Source: Patescibacteria group bacterium (lineage in GTDB: Bacteria; Patescibacteriota; Patescibacteriia; PEXW01). Taken from it: a DNA stretch of 57,314 nucleotides. Positions 42,039-50,601 of the stretch are shown piece by piece; within the stretch, counting starts at the first letter, position 1, and every line of letters begins with the position of its first letter. A model generated the notes under the pieces. That model was not told the origin of the DNA. It saw only the letters and a list, made by a program, of their open reading frames with translations, and searched no databases. Both the position numbers and the translations under genes were made by a program. The stretch spans positions 1 to 57,314 of the forward strand of contig JBBTRK010000007.1 in NCBI GenBank assembly GCA_038065235.1. The letters run 5' to 3'.

Positions 42039-43619
42039 ATGATGACCTACCTCCGTTACTGGGCAGTGGTGGGGTTTTTGCTGTTGGGTGTGGCAATTAC
42101 GGCGGGTCTGCCGGACTTTAGTAATAAGTGGTCGCACGTGGTGGTTGGTTTTTTTGTTCTTCCGTTGGTGTGGTCTTTGCACTACGTGCGCAAGCAAAAA
42201 TGGACGTTCTATGACCCTGCAACGTGGGCAGGAGTGCTTCTTTTCGTCGCGCTCGCGGGCGCGCTAATGGCCGGGAATGCCTATGCCGGCATGCTGGGGT
42301 GGTTCGGACTCACCGTCGGCGTGGTGGTTTTCCTCGGTGTTCGGTCACTTACCGCCGAACACCAGCCAGTTTTCCACATTGGTTTGGTGAGCATTGGCGT
42401 GCTGTGGGTGGGTTGGTCGCTTTTGGCCACGAAGACTAGCTTAGCGTTGCCCTGGGTACCGGTGTTGGCAAAAGATCCGGTTACTTTGGTGGCACTTGCT
42501 ATTTTACCTTTGGCTGCGGGAATCATGATGTTCAAACGGCAAACGCTGTGGAAGAACGTACTGCTGGTTATTGGATGTGCGGTGCTCGTGGTGCCTTTCG
42601 CACTGCCAAGTTTTTACACCCGAGTGCGTCAAGATTGGCAAACGACGGCAGCACTCGCGCCAGCATACGTAAATATTGCCAAGTCACATTTTTTGCTGGG
42701 TGTTGGTAGCGGCAACAGTCAATATTTATATCCAAATGCCGCGACTAACCGGGCGCTTTTACCTGATCGGCCGCCCAGTAGCGTGTTGGATGTGGTAACT
42801 AGCTATGGGGTCATTAGCACACTGTTATTTGTAGCCCTACTAGTGACGTCACTATTTGGGCTGCGCCAGCAGTCACGTAAAACGCGGTATGTCTTGGTGC
42901 TGGCAATTGTCGTGACCCAGGCCTTGTGCTGGGTGGCGAACCTGTGGCAGTACCCAGCGCTCTGGTTGAGCTGGTGGGTGTTGCTGGGATTGTGTGCATC
43001 ACCCGTTACGACGAGCGAGGTGCAGGATGCGGGCACGCGCCGGTTTTTTCGGTACACTGTGCTCACCATCAGCGCGCTTATTGCTCTGCAGGCAATTGTT
43101 ATGGGACTAGGTTTGAATCGCTTTGCGGCCGCTGAACGCGCGGCTCTATCTGCCGATACAAAGAATGCAGCAAAGCTGTATGCGGTGTCGCTTCGTTTTG
43201 ATCCTGACCCAGAGCAGCGGCGGGCGTATGCGGAGTCGCTGTGGTTGAATACGTACCAGAACAAGAATCTTGCCGAAGCTGAACGTCAAGCGCGGCTGGC
43301 CTACCAGTGGAACCGTAATGACGCTTTCGCTCGGCAGATTGCCGCCCGGGTGGCATACTCCCAAAGCAATTATAATGACGCGGAACGGCTTTACCTCGAG
43401 ACGCTTGATCGCGACCCATATTTTTCGCTCGACGTTTATGTAGCCCTTGCCGATGTATACAAGAAGCAAGGGAAGACCACGGAGGAGCGTGACATAATTC
43501 AAGAAGGTCTAAAGCAATACCCAGACTCACCTACACTTAGCGATGTTGCGAACCCGGTATGCCTGACGCAACTGCAACAAATGCAGAAGCGATTCGATGC
43601 AATCCCTAAGCAGAAGTAG
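42039..43619 (+). CDS. Polytopic membrane protein, O-antigen-ligase-like, with C-terminal TPR repeats
   Basis: About 10 TM helices and a loop (HFLLGVGSGNSQYLYPN...VLDVVTSYGVIS) reminiscent of Wzy_C/WaaL/PglL-type enzymes. TPR-like C-terminus. Assignment is tentative. Confidence 0.5.
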   Translation: MMTYLRYWAVVGFLLLGVAITAGLPDFSNKWSHVVVGFFVLPLVWSLHYVRKQKWTFYDPATWAGVLLFVALAGALMAGNAYAGMLGWFGLTVGVVVFLGVRSLTAEHQPVFHIGLVSIGVLWVGWSLLATKTSLALPWVPVLAKDPVTLVALAILPLAAGIMMFKRQTLWKNVLLVIGCAVLVVPFALPSFYTRVRQDWQTTAALAPAYVNIAKSHFLLGVGSGNSQYLYPNAATNRALLPDRPPSSVLDVVTSYGVISTLLFVALLVTSLFGLRQQSRKTRYVLVLAIVVTQALCWVANLWQYPALWLSWWVLLGLCASPVTTSEVQDAGTRRFFRYTVLTISALIALQAIVMGLGLNRFAAAERAALSADTKNAAKLYAVSLRFDPDPEQRRAYAESLWLNTYQNKNLAEAERQARLAYQWNRNDAFARQIAARVAYSQSNYNDAERLYLETLDRDPYFSLDVYVALADVYKKQGKTTEERDIIQEGLKQYPDSPTLSDVANPVCLTQLQQMQKRFDAIPKQK

Positions 43620-43641
43620 ACTTTTCGTGTATACTCCAGAC

Positions 43642-44055
43642 ATGAAACAGAGGGGAGTTTCCATGATCAGTATCGTCGTTGCCAGCTTAGTCGCACTCGC
43701 TGTGCTGTTCTTCGGCGTGCGGCTCATTGGCCAAGAGCGAGCCAAGGCGCGGGATAGCCAGCGCGTGGCCGACATGGCCCGCCTGCAGGTTGGCTTTCTG
43801 TTGCTTTTCAACCGGACGTCGAGCTTTGCCCCTGCGGCTGTAAACGGCTGCGACGTGGTGAAGAAGCCTGTTCGAACGTGCAGCCTCAGCCAGGACCTGC
43901 CGAGTATTGCCACGTTCCGTGATCCACGCGGTGGTGATTACCTGGTGACAAAAGTCCCCGATGCGACGACCTACCAAATTTCTTTCACTCTGGAGCAGGG
44001 GACGACCGGGTTAGCCAAGGGCGCTCACGTGCTTACCCCCGAGGGGATTAGGTAA
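43642..44055 (+). CDS. Pilin-like protein with atypical leader
   Basis: MKQRGVSMISIVVASLVALAVLFF followed by AKARDSQRVADMARLQ (pilin alpha1 pattern). Glu5 is absent. TATACT at 43630..43635 suggests a leaderless transcript. Confidence 0.65.
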   Translation: MKQRGVSMISIVVASLVALAVLFFGVRLIGQERAKARDSQRVADMARLQVGFLLLFNRTSSFAPAAVNGCDVVKKPVRTCSLSQDLPSIATFRDPRGGDYLVTKVPDATTYQISFTLEQGTTGLAKGAHVLTPEGIR

Positions 44056-44078
44056 AAGCATGCAAGCATTTTTCTATT

Positions 44079-44437
44079 GTCATCCTGAACTAGTTTCAGG
44101 ATCGCGTTTATATATAGTGGCATGCCTAGAAGTTACTATGTCTACATTCTCATGAACGAAAAAAATACCACGAGTTATATTGGGGTAACAAATAACCTTG
44201 AACGTCGATTGTACGAACATCAACATCAGCTCGTACCTGGGTTTACTAAAAAGTACAATGTTCATAAGCTCGTTTATGTCGAAGAGACAAATAGCGCATA
44301 TTCAGCTATTGCACGAGAGAAGCAGTTGAAGAATTGGCATCGAGAATGGAAATTCAATCTTATAAAACAAGAAAATCCTACACTAACTGATATCTCCGCC
44401 TCTTGGTAACGGGATGCCGAAACAAGTTCGGCATGAC
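44079..44437 (+). mobile_element. HP-A element carrying a GIY-YIG ORF (putative autonomous copy)
   Basis: Left hairpin GTCATCCTGAACTAGTTTCAGGATC, AT-rich linker, 288-nt GIY-YIG ORF, right hairpin GATGCCGAAACAAGTTCGGCATGAC. Termini are inverted repeats (GTCATCCTGAAC versus GTCATGCCGAAC). Confidence 0.65.
44122..44409 (+). CDS. GIY-YIG nuclease superfamily protein (YhbQ/UPF0213-like, 95 aa)
   Basis: YYVYILMNEKNTTSYIGVTNNLERRLYEHQ...AIAREKQLKNW. Spot GC count 21/60 at 44161..44220 versus 36/60 in pilD at 44761..44820. Confidence 0.88.
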   Translation: MPRSYYVYILMNEKNTTSYIGVTNNLERRLYEHQHQLVPGFTKKYNVHKLVYVEETNSAYSAIAREKQLKNWHREWKFNLIKQENPTLTDISASW

Positions 44438-44490
44438 GAATTTGTATGAACGTTATATTTTCCAACCCATCCGTCATCCTGAATTCATCT

Positions 44491-44555
44491 GTCATCCCGA
44501 ACTTGTTTCGGGATCGCTTTGTTACAGTGAGATGCCGAAATAAATTCGGCATGAC
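44491..44555 (+). mobile_element. HP-A dual-hairpin element, ORF-less copy
   Basis: GTCATCCCGAACTTGTTTCGGGATC, linker, GATGCCGAAATAAATTCGGCATGAC. Preceded by a partial left end GTCATCCTGAATTCATCT (44473..44490). Confidence 0.7.
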
Positions 44556-44567
44556 AGAATAAGTACC

Positions 44568-45371
44568 ATGCCCCTAATCCTCCCCCTCTTCGCGTTTATC
44601 TTCGGCACTGCCATTGGCAGCTTCTTGAACGTGGTGGCAATTCGGCTGCCCAAACGGCGGAAGTTCTTGCAGCTGAATCAGCGCTCCAAGTGCCCGAACT
44701 GCCGGCACGTGCTGCATACGCCAGACCTTGTACCCATTGTGAGCTACCTCAGCCTTCGGGGGCGGTGCCGGTATTGCCGCAAACCCATTAGCCCGCAGTA
44801 CATGCTGCTGGAGCTCATCACCGGTGTCACGTTCGCCCTGCTGGTGTGGCAGTACGGTGTCAGTGGAACGACGTTTGTGGGTCTCATCGGCGCCAGCTTT
44901 CTCATTGCCCTGGGCACCATTGATGCGCGACTCAAAATTGTACCAGACAATTTAAGCCTGCCCGCAATCCTGGTCACTTTCTTGGCGCAGGTGTTGGTCA
45001 TTTCAGATTTTGGCGTCAACGGTTTCAATGCGGCAATGCTTCGTAGCCTTTGTGGCCTCGTCATTGGTGCCATCATTGGTGTGCTCTGGTTCTGGCTGCA
45101 ATGGGTTGTGTCTCGTGGCAAGTGGGTAGGCACCGGGGATATCCGCCTAGGCGCGCTGCTCGGTGTCTTCCTGGGTATGCCCCTAGCCCTCGTCGCCCTT
45201 TTCTTGGCCTACATTACGGGGAGCATTTGGGCGGTGGCACTCTTGGCCAGGCGCAAGGTCAAGTTTAGCAGCGCCATTCCCTTTGGTGCTTTCTTGGCTT
45301 TGGCCGGGGTCATTGCCTTCATTTTCGGGCCAGCCGTGGTATCCTGGTACCAGCAATTTATTGGCCTATGA
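44568..45371 (+). CDS. pilD: Prepilin peptidase (A24) PilD
   Basis: N-terminal zinc finger CPNCRH...CRYCRKPIS, catalytic-Asp-containing TM segments (GTIDARLKIVPD; GTGDIRLGALLG). Confidence 0.92.
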   Translation: MPLILPLFAFIFGTAIGSFLNVVAIRLPKRRKFLQLNQRSKCPNCRHVLHTPDLVPIVSYLSLRGRCRYCRKPISPQYMLLELITGVTFALLVWQYGVSGTTFVGLIGASFLIALGTIDARLKIVPDNLSLPAILVTFLAQVLVISDFGVNGFNAAMLRSLCGLVIGAIIGVLWFWLQWVVSRGKWVGTGDIRLGALLGVFLGMPLALVALFLAYITGSIWAVALLARRKVKFSSAIPFGAFLALAGVIAFIFGPAVVSWYQQFIGL

Positions 45372-46510
45372 GAATGAGAAAAGGGTATACACTTATTGAA
45401 ATTATCGTTGCGATTAGCATAATTATGCTCGTCCTGACTTTAGTTATGGCAAACTCCAGACGGGGCGGTAACGACAGCGTCCTCGCGCGGGAGACCAACT
45501 TGCTCATGTCCCGATTGCGGTACGCGCAAGAGCTCACGGCATCTGGGTCAATTTTGCGGTACCAGGGGGGTGCTTACAGCGGCGCGTCGTGCCTTACCAA
45601 TAATCAGTGTAATTTTAAGTGTACTTTAAGTAAAAATGTTGCTGACTCATGCGGCACTTATGACGGGCCTGATGACGGTACCGAACCGGATTTAATCAAT
45701 CCGGTTACAAGTTGCCAATGTTGTCCAGTGAGTGGTGTGGCTCCGGGCAACTGTGAGAATGGAAAAGAAACCCCGCAAGGGGGGTTTGCAGTTGGTTTTA
45801 GTTGCCGTAGTGACTACGGCGGTGTACAAGCGCAACTTGGAAGCGAAAGCTACTACCTCGTAGCTGATAGAATAAAGTGCGTGGGTAAAAGGTTAGATGA
45901 AAATGGTAATCAAATGTACGATAATGGAAATCCTATCATAGGTTCGTGTTGGCCCCCTGTTGATACGGCCTGGAATTACAACGCGTTTAATGAAGACTCC
46001 GATGGCATTATTTCTTTGTATTATTGGGGAGCCAAAGGTGATACCGTAAAAGAAAAATACACCGTCGATACCACTATCGAAATTAAAGACCTCCGGGTGA
46101 CGTATACCAGTGTTTTTCAAGCAGGTTCTATGCCTGCAGCACGAAACAGTTTTACGTGTACTGACTCGTCAGGAAATCCAACTAAATCACCTTGGGGAGG
46201 GCTTTACGTACCAGGTGTACCAGATAATGGCGCTACGAACTGGTATTATAAATCGATTGTCTCCGATTCATTTCCGATACAAGCAACGGTTCGTTTCATG
46301 CCGCCCGATGGCCGAATTATAGATGTCAATGACAATATTTACTCATACGCACCGAAGGCTGTTGGTGGTGCGGACATGGAGAATCCCGTGAAATCTGTGG
46401 AGATAATGCTGAAGCTCAAGAACCGCAGCACTGACTGCCGGGTAGTCACCGTCACCCGTGCCGGTCTTATCTCCCAACGTGTCGATGCCGACTGCGACTT
46501 TGCCACATAA
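45368..46510 (+). CDS. Minor pilin-like protein (Cys-rich), paralogue A
   Basis: MRMRKG, then YTLIEIIVAISIIMLVL. ATGA overlap with pilD. C-terminus STDCRVVTVTRAGLISQRVDADCDF is shared with the next gene. Confidence 0.85.
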   Translation: MRMRKGYTLIEIIVAISIIMLVLTLVMANSRRGGNDSVLARETNLLMSRLRYAQELTASGSILRYQGGAYSGASCLTNNQCNFKCTLSKNVADSCGTYDGPDDGTEPDLINPVTSCQCCPVSGVAPGNCENGKETPQGGFAVGFSCRSDYGGVQAQLGSESYYLVADRIKCVGKRLDENGNQMYDNGNPIIGSCWPPVDTAWNYNAFNEDSDGIISLYYWGAKGDTVKEKYTVDTTIEIKDLRVTYTSVFQAGSMPAARNSFTCTDSSGNPTKSPWGGLYVPGVPDNGATNWYYKSIVSDSFPIQATVRFMPPDGRIIDVNDNIYSYAPKAVGGADMENPVKSVEIMLKLKNRSTDCRVVTVTRAGLISQRVDADCDFAT

Positions 46511-47456
46511 AATACCATCGAAACAGAAACTGGGTTCACCCAGCACCACTTTTAGACTTACGAAAAGTGGTGCTGGGTTTACCCTTGTGGAGACGCTGGT
46601 GGCAGTGGGGGTGTTTGCCATCCTCATGGGGCTGGTAATTACCAACTACCGGCGGGGGAATGACGACAGCATTCTTTCGCGGGAGGCAGCGCTGCTGATG
46701 GCGCAGTTACGAGTGGCCCAGGAGCAAACCGCGGCCGGGCGGGTTACGCCTTATTGCCATCCTGGGAACTCTGATACACCGTGTGTCGGTTGTGCTGAAG
46801 AACAAACCTGCACCCAATCCTCCCCGTCGGGTGGGTATGGAGTATTTTTTAGTTGCAGTACTGACACCACAGGTGATAATCACTGGCCAGACCGGGACCA
46901 CTACTTTACGTTTGGTGACCGGGTGCAGTGCCAGAAAAATTGCTTCCCGTTTATTTATGACGACGCTGCACACTGGGATAGTAACGTGCCTGCGTTTAGG
47001 AAAATTGATGCCGCTAGTGATCACCTCTTTAGCAGTGGGGGTCTGAGCCCTGGGCCATATGGCGACACCATAGCCAGTCAAAATACTTTTGATTCGAAGG
47101 TAAAAATCATAGACTTGCAGCTTATTGAATCTGGGGTCAATGGCGGCAAGGCGACCTGCGTCTCACTATCACCTTGGATAGGAAAGCAACCATTACCAGG
47201 AGACGCTGTGCCAGCTGGGTACCCCCTGCAAGCCACTATTCATTTCCCTGCCCCAGATGGGCGGCAGGTTGTGATAAGTGATAATATAAGTACCAAGACC
47301 CCCACGTCGGTTATAGGGTTTACGGGTGACCAACCCTGGAAAGAAGCTAATATTATGCTCGCCCTGAAAGCCCGTCCCAGCACCGATTGCCGAGTCGTGC
47401 GGGTTACCAAAGACGGCATCATTAGCCAAAGCACCGATGCGGACTGCCAATTCTAA
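46485..47456 (+). CDS. Minor pilin-like protein (Cys-rich), paralogue B
   Basis: ...KSGAG, then FTLVETLVAVGVFAILMGLV. C-terminus STDCRVVRVTKDGIISQSTDADCQF. Start uncertain (ATG 46485, TTG 46500 or GTG 46458). Confidence 0.8.
   Translation: MPTATLPHKIPSKQKLGSPSTTFRLTKSGAGFTLVETLVAVGVFAILMGLVITNYRRGNDDSILSREAALLMAQLRVAQEQTAAGRVTPYCHPGNSDTPCVGCAEEQTCTQSSPSGGYGVFFSCSTDTTGDNHWPDRDHYFTFGDRVQCQKNCFPFIYDDAAHWDSNVPAFRKIDAASDHLFSSGGLSPGPYGDTIASQNTFDSKVKIIDLQLIESGVNGGKATCVSLSPWIGKQPLPGDAVPAGYPLQATIHFPAPDGRQVVISDNISTKTPTSVIGFTGDQPWKEANIMLALKARPSTDCRVVRVTKDGIISQSTDADCQF
46538..46578. repeat. Hairpin repeat ACCCAGCACCACTTTT / AAAAGTGGTGCTGGGT (copy 2) within the prepilin leader
   Basis: 16-bp perfect stem with a 9-nt loop. 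The right arm encodes KSGAG of the leader. Same arms as 581..619. Confidence 0.75.
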
Positions 47457-48549
47457 AAAACGTTCGGGAACCGTGCTGCTAGAGGCGGTAATTGCCATTG
47501 GCGTCATTCTGGTTGGCGTGGTGGGCTCTTTGGTTTTGTTGAACACCAGCATTACCCTGGGCCGGGCAAACCAGGACAAAATTGTGGCTCAGAATTTGGC
47601 GCGGGAAGGCGTGGAGCTGGCCTACAGCTTGCGCAATTCCGGCTCTCTGCGCCACGTGGATGACCCCGCGACAACGTGGGCGAGTTACATTACGAATGCC
47701 GCGCTAAAGAGTGGCAGCACCGAATTTTGTAATAAGTACGACCTTGGAGATATGGTAACGGACATCAGCACAGGGTTTCGAGTCTGCAAGCAGAGTAGTT
47801 CGACCCAGATACCTGATGACCAGTGCCCCAATGGCGGCACTGATAATGGTAGCAACGCTCAAGATGAATTAGAGTGTGACAAAATCGCTCTAGCAAACTA
47901 CCTGTACGAAGGCTGGGCAATGCCACCTGGGTGTGCTGGTAATGTTGGTGGTGCTGGCCACTTAAGTGCTGCTCCAGCCAATTGCGATTACGACAACCAG
48001 GGAGAGCTGACGCCGGACATCTCGGATTTGACCGCGCTCATTGATTTTTTGTTCTTGCAGTCATATCAATTTAACTACGGCTACCCGGCCGTCGCGGCAA
48101 CCGGTAGCACTGTTGATGGGAGTATTGTTTATTATAATCCGGGAAATAACTTTAACAGTACGTACGGACAGTATACTGGCTCGTCGCTATGGTGGGCAGA
48201 CGATAAGGCAAAGGTGAAGCAGAGTGTTGATGGAACATTTGTGCAGTATGTAACGGTTACCGATGCCACAAGCACAAAGTTCTACCGCGTGGTGAGCATG
48301 CAGCCAATTTGTCGGGGAAGTAAGAGCGATGTCGTGCAACCAGATGTTGTGGCGAGCCCAACCTCTGGTTTTAACTGTGTGGACTATGCAAAAACCGCCT
48401 CGCCAAATGGTTTGGCTTGGGCAGAAATTGATGCCGGTACTATGCAAATGGTCGGCGTGCTGGTAACCAGCGAGGTGCGGTGGCCCACCCCAGAGAGCCA
48501 AACCAAAGTGAAATACCAAGAATTCTTGTATGATTGGATTACCCTCTAG
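47437..48549 (+). CDS. Minor pilin-like protein (PilV-like leader)
   Basis: MRTANSKKRSG, then TVLLEAVIAIGVILVGVVGSLVLL. Overlaps the previous gene by 20 nt. Confidence 0.8.
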   Translation: MRTANSKKRSGTVLLEAVIAIGVILVGVVGSLVLLNTSITLGRANQDKIVAQNLAREGVELAYSLRNSGSLRHVDDPATTWASYITNAALKSGSTEFCNKYDLGDMVTDISTGFRVCKQSSSTQIPDDQCPNGGTDNGSNAQDELECDKIALANYLYEGWAMPPGCAGNVGGAGHLSAAPANCDYDNQGELTPDISDLTALIDFLFLQSYQFNYGYPAVAATGSTVDGSIVYYNPGNNFNSTYGQYTGSSLWWADDKAKVKQSVDGTFVQYVTVTDATSTKFYRVVSMQPICRGSKSDVVQPDVVASPTSGFNCVDYAKTASPNGLAWAEIDAGTMQMVGVLVTSEVRWPTPESQTKVKYQEFLYDWITL

Positions 48550-48550
48550 T

Positions 48551-49333
48551 ATGCAGCGTCGAGGATTTACACTTATCGAAGTCGTTGTTGCTGTCGCGGT
48601 TTTTACCATGACCGCGCTCATGGCCGTGAATCTTTTCTTGGTATTTATTCAGCAGCAGCGGCGCACGCTTAACCAGCAGGAGTTGCAGAACGATGCCCGA
48701 GCGGTGATTGAGCAGATTACCAAGGATGTGCGCGAGGGGAGCATAGACTACGCGTATTACTCGACAAATTTTGCCGGTGACCAAACTAAGCTCTTTTCAG
48801 CACTGGGGGGGACAAACAATGATTGTTTGGTCCTGCGAAATTCTCTGAATGAACAAATTCGTTACCAGTTGAATGGTACAATAATACAGCGGACGATGCC
48901 CGCAAGTACGGATACCGCCAAATCCTGTACTGACTTATCGCTGACCTGGGAGCCAATTTCGCCAACTAGCCTTAGCGTTGATAGCTTTTCGTTTTCCATC
49001 TCGCCCTCGGAAGATCCGTTTGCTGGGCAGTCGGCTCTGAAGTGTGACACTACTACAGCCGGCGAGCCAAATGATGACGCATGTCTGTCTCGGTGGGGTA
49101 CCACTTGCGCGGTGCCAAACTCATTACCTTCCACTTGTATCAACAAGCGAAATACTGCATGTTACTGCTTCCCCCAGAAGTTTGGGAATGTTGCCCCGCT
49201 TCACCCGCGGGTTACATTTAGCCTTAATCTTACCCGCACATCGAACAACCAAACGGTGAGCCAGGTTTTTCAGACCGCTGTTGCGAGCCGAATTTTTAAG
49301 AATATTGATAGTCTAAACACCTATGTCCCGTAG
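48551..49333 (+). CDS. Minor pilin-like protein
   Basis: MQRRG, then FTLIEVVVAVAVFTMTALMAV. ATG 1 nt after the previous stop. Confidence 0.85.
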   Translation: MQRRGFTLIEVVVAVAVFTMTALMAVNLFLVFIQQQRRTLNQQELQNDARAVIEQITKDVREGSIDYAYYSTNFAGDQTKLFSALGGTNNDCLVLRNSLNEQIRYQLNGTIIQRTMPASTDTAKSCTDLSLTWEPISPTSLSVDSFSFSISPSEDPFAGQSALKCDTTTAGEPNDDACLSRWGTTCAVPNSLPSTCINKRNTACYCFPQKFGNVAPLHPRVTFSLNLTRTSNNQTVSQVFQTAVASRIFKNIDSLNTYVP

Positions 49334-50597
49334 AAACCACAAACCGAAAAAGGGCATTACCCTAATACTCGCCATCATGATTATGTCGGCAGTGGTGGCC
49401 ATTGGCATTACCATGAGCACGGTGTTGATATTTCAGGTGCGCCTTAACCAGGTGACTAAAGAAGGGCACCAAGGGTACTACGCCACCGAGTCGGGCATGG
49501 AGCTGGGCTTGAATAAACTCAATACCCTAAAGTCTGGTCTTTTGAGTTCTGCTGTTACCGAGCTCACGTCAGCCACGCTACCAGACGGTGCCGATACCGA
49601 ATACACCTCGTACTTCAAACCCACCGGTGGGTTACTCAAGGCCAGTGCCCAGTCTAGCGGCGCCACCACCCACCCAATCGTGAAAGAGAACCAAAGTATT
49701 TTTATAGAGCTGTATAATGTCGACAGTTCACTTATCGTTCCGAACCCTTATAATACTCCTGAGCTTTGCGTTTTTGCAGAAGGAAGCGGCGATGAGGTTT
49801 TGGAAGTGAGTTGGGTTGGTTGGGATGCAACTCTCAATCTTTCCCGATCGCAAAAGATTTTTGTAAGCTCGAGCAAGTTCACTTCTATAGCTACACCTTG
49901 CATCAGTACTATTAGTGGGAGTAAGGGTTTTCCCGTGCCGCTCACGCAGTTCTATCCGCATTTTCCTGGTGCACCTTTCGCGGGTTTCCGCATTCGCATA
50001 ACCCCTTTGAATCTGACAGAGCCAGCTAATGGTGACGTGAAAAACCTGGCCGTGTATACGGCTCCTACGACAGCTTCGCAAATCCAGCTGAAGTCGGTTA
50101 GCACCTCCGCCGGGCAGAAGCAGGCATTGGTCGCGATTTTCCCGTGGTCATTGCCACTCTCTTCGCTCTTCGACTTTGTCATCTTTAGCGAGATGTCGCT
50201 TGAAAAAAAGGTGCCAATTACGATTGCGCAAGATCTGAAGCGGTTCGGACCGTACAGCACTATCACGGATTCCGGTGTATCTACACCGCAAACTCCTTTC
50301 ACAACCTCCCCTGCATGTAGCTCGGCACCATGTACCTACTACATACGCCTCATTGCCGCTAATTCAAGTGGCTGGCAGAATGAATCTACCATGAGTATCA
50401 GTACCACAGGGAACGGTAGTAACCCACCTGTAACTACACTGAATGCTGCGAGTTGTATTCTAAAAATTCCTTACGTTTTCTCACTTGCTTCCCCACCAGA
50501 TAAAGTGACGTTCACTAACCTTCCAGCGGCTTTGACCCAGTACGAATTCCTCACCCGCCCGGCGTTTAGCACGGCGGACGAAAACTACTGTCCGTAG
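49323..50597 (+). CDS. Minor pilin-like protein (PilX-like leader)
   Basis: MSRRNHKPKKG, then ITLILAIMIMSAVVAIGITMS. Overlaps the previous gene by 11 nt. Confidence 0.75.
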   Translation: MSRRNHKPKKGITLILAIMIMSAVVAIGITMSTVLIFQVRLNQVTKEGHQGYYATESGMELGLNKLNTLKSGLLSSAVTELTSATLPDGADTEYTSYFKPTGGLLKASAQSSGATTHPIVKENQSIFIELYNVDSSLIVPNPYNTPELCVFAEGSGDEVLEVSWVGWDATLNLSRSQKIFVSSSKFTSIATPCISTISGSKGFPVPLTQFYPHFPGAPFAGFRIRITPLNLTEPANGDVKNLAVYTAPTTASQIQLKSVSTSAGQKQALVAIFPWSLPLSSLFDFVIFSEMSLEKKVPITIAQDLKRFGPYSTITDSGVSTPQTPFTTSPACSSAPCTYYIRLIAANSSGWQNESTMSISTTGNGSNPPVTTLNAASCILKIPYVFSLASPPDKVTFTNLPAALTQYEFLTRPAFSTADENYCP

Positions 50598-50601
50598 TCA
50601 T

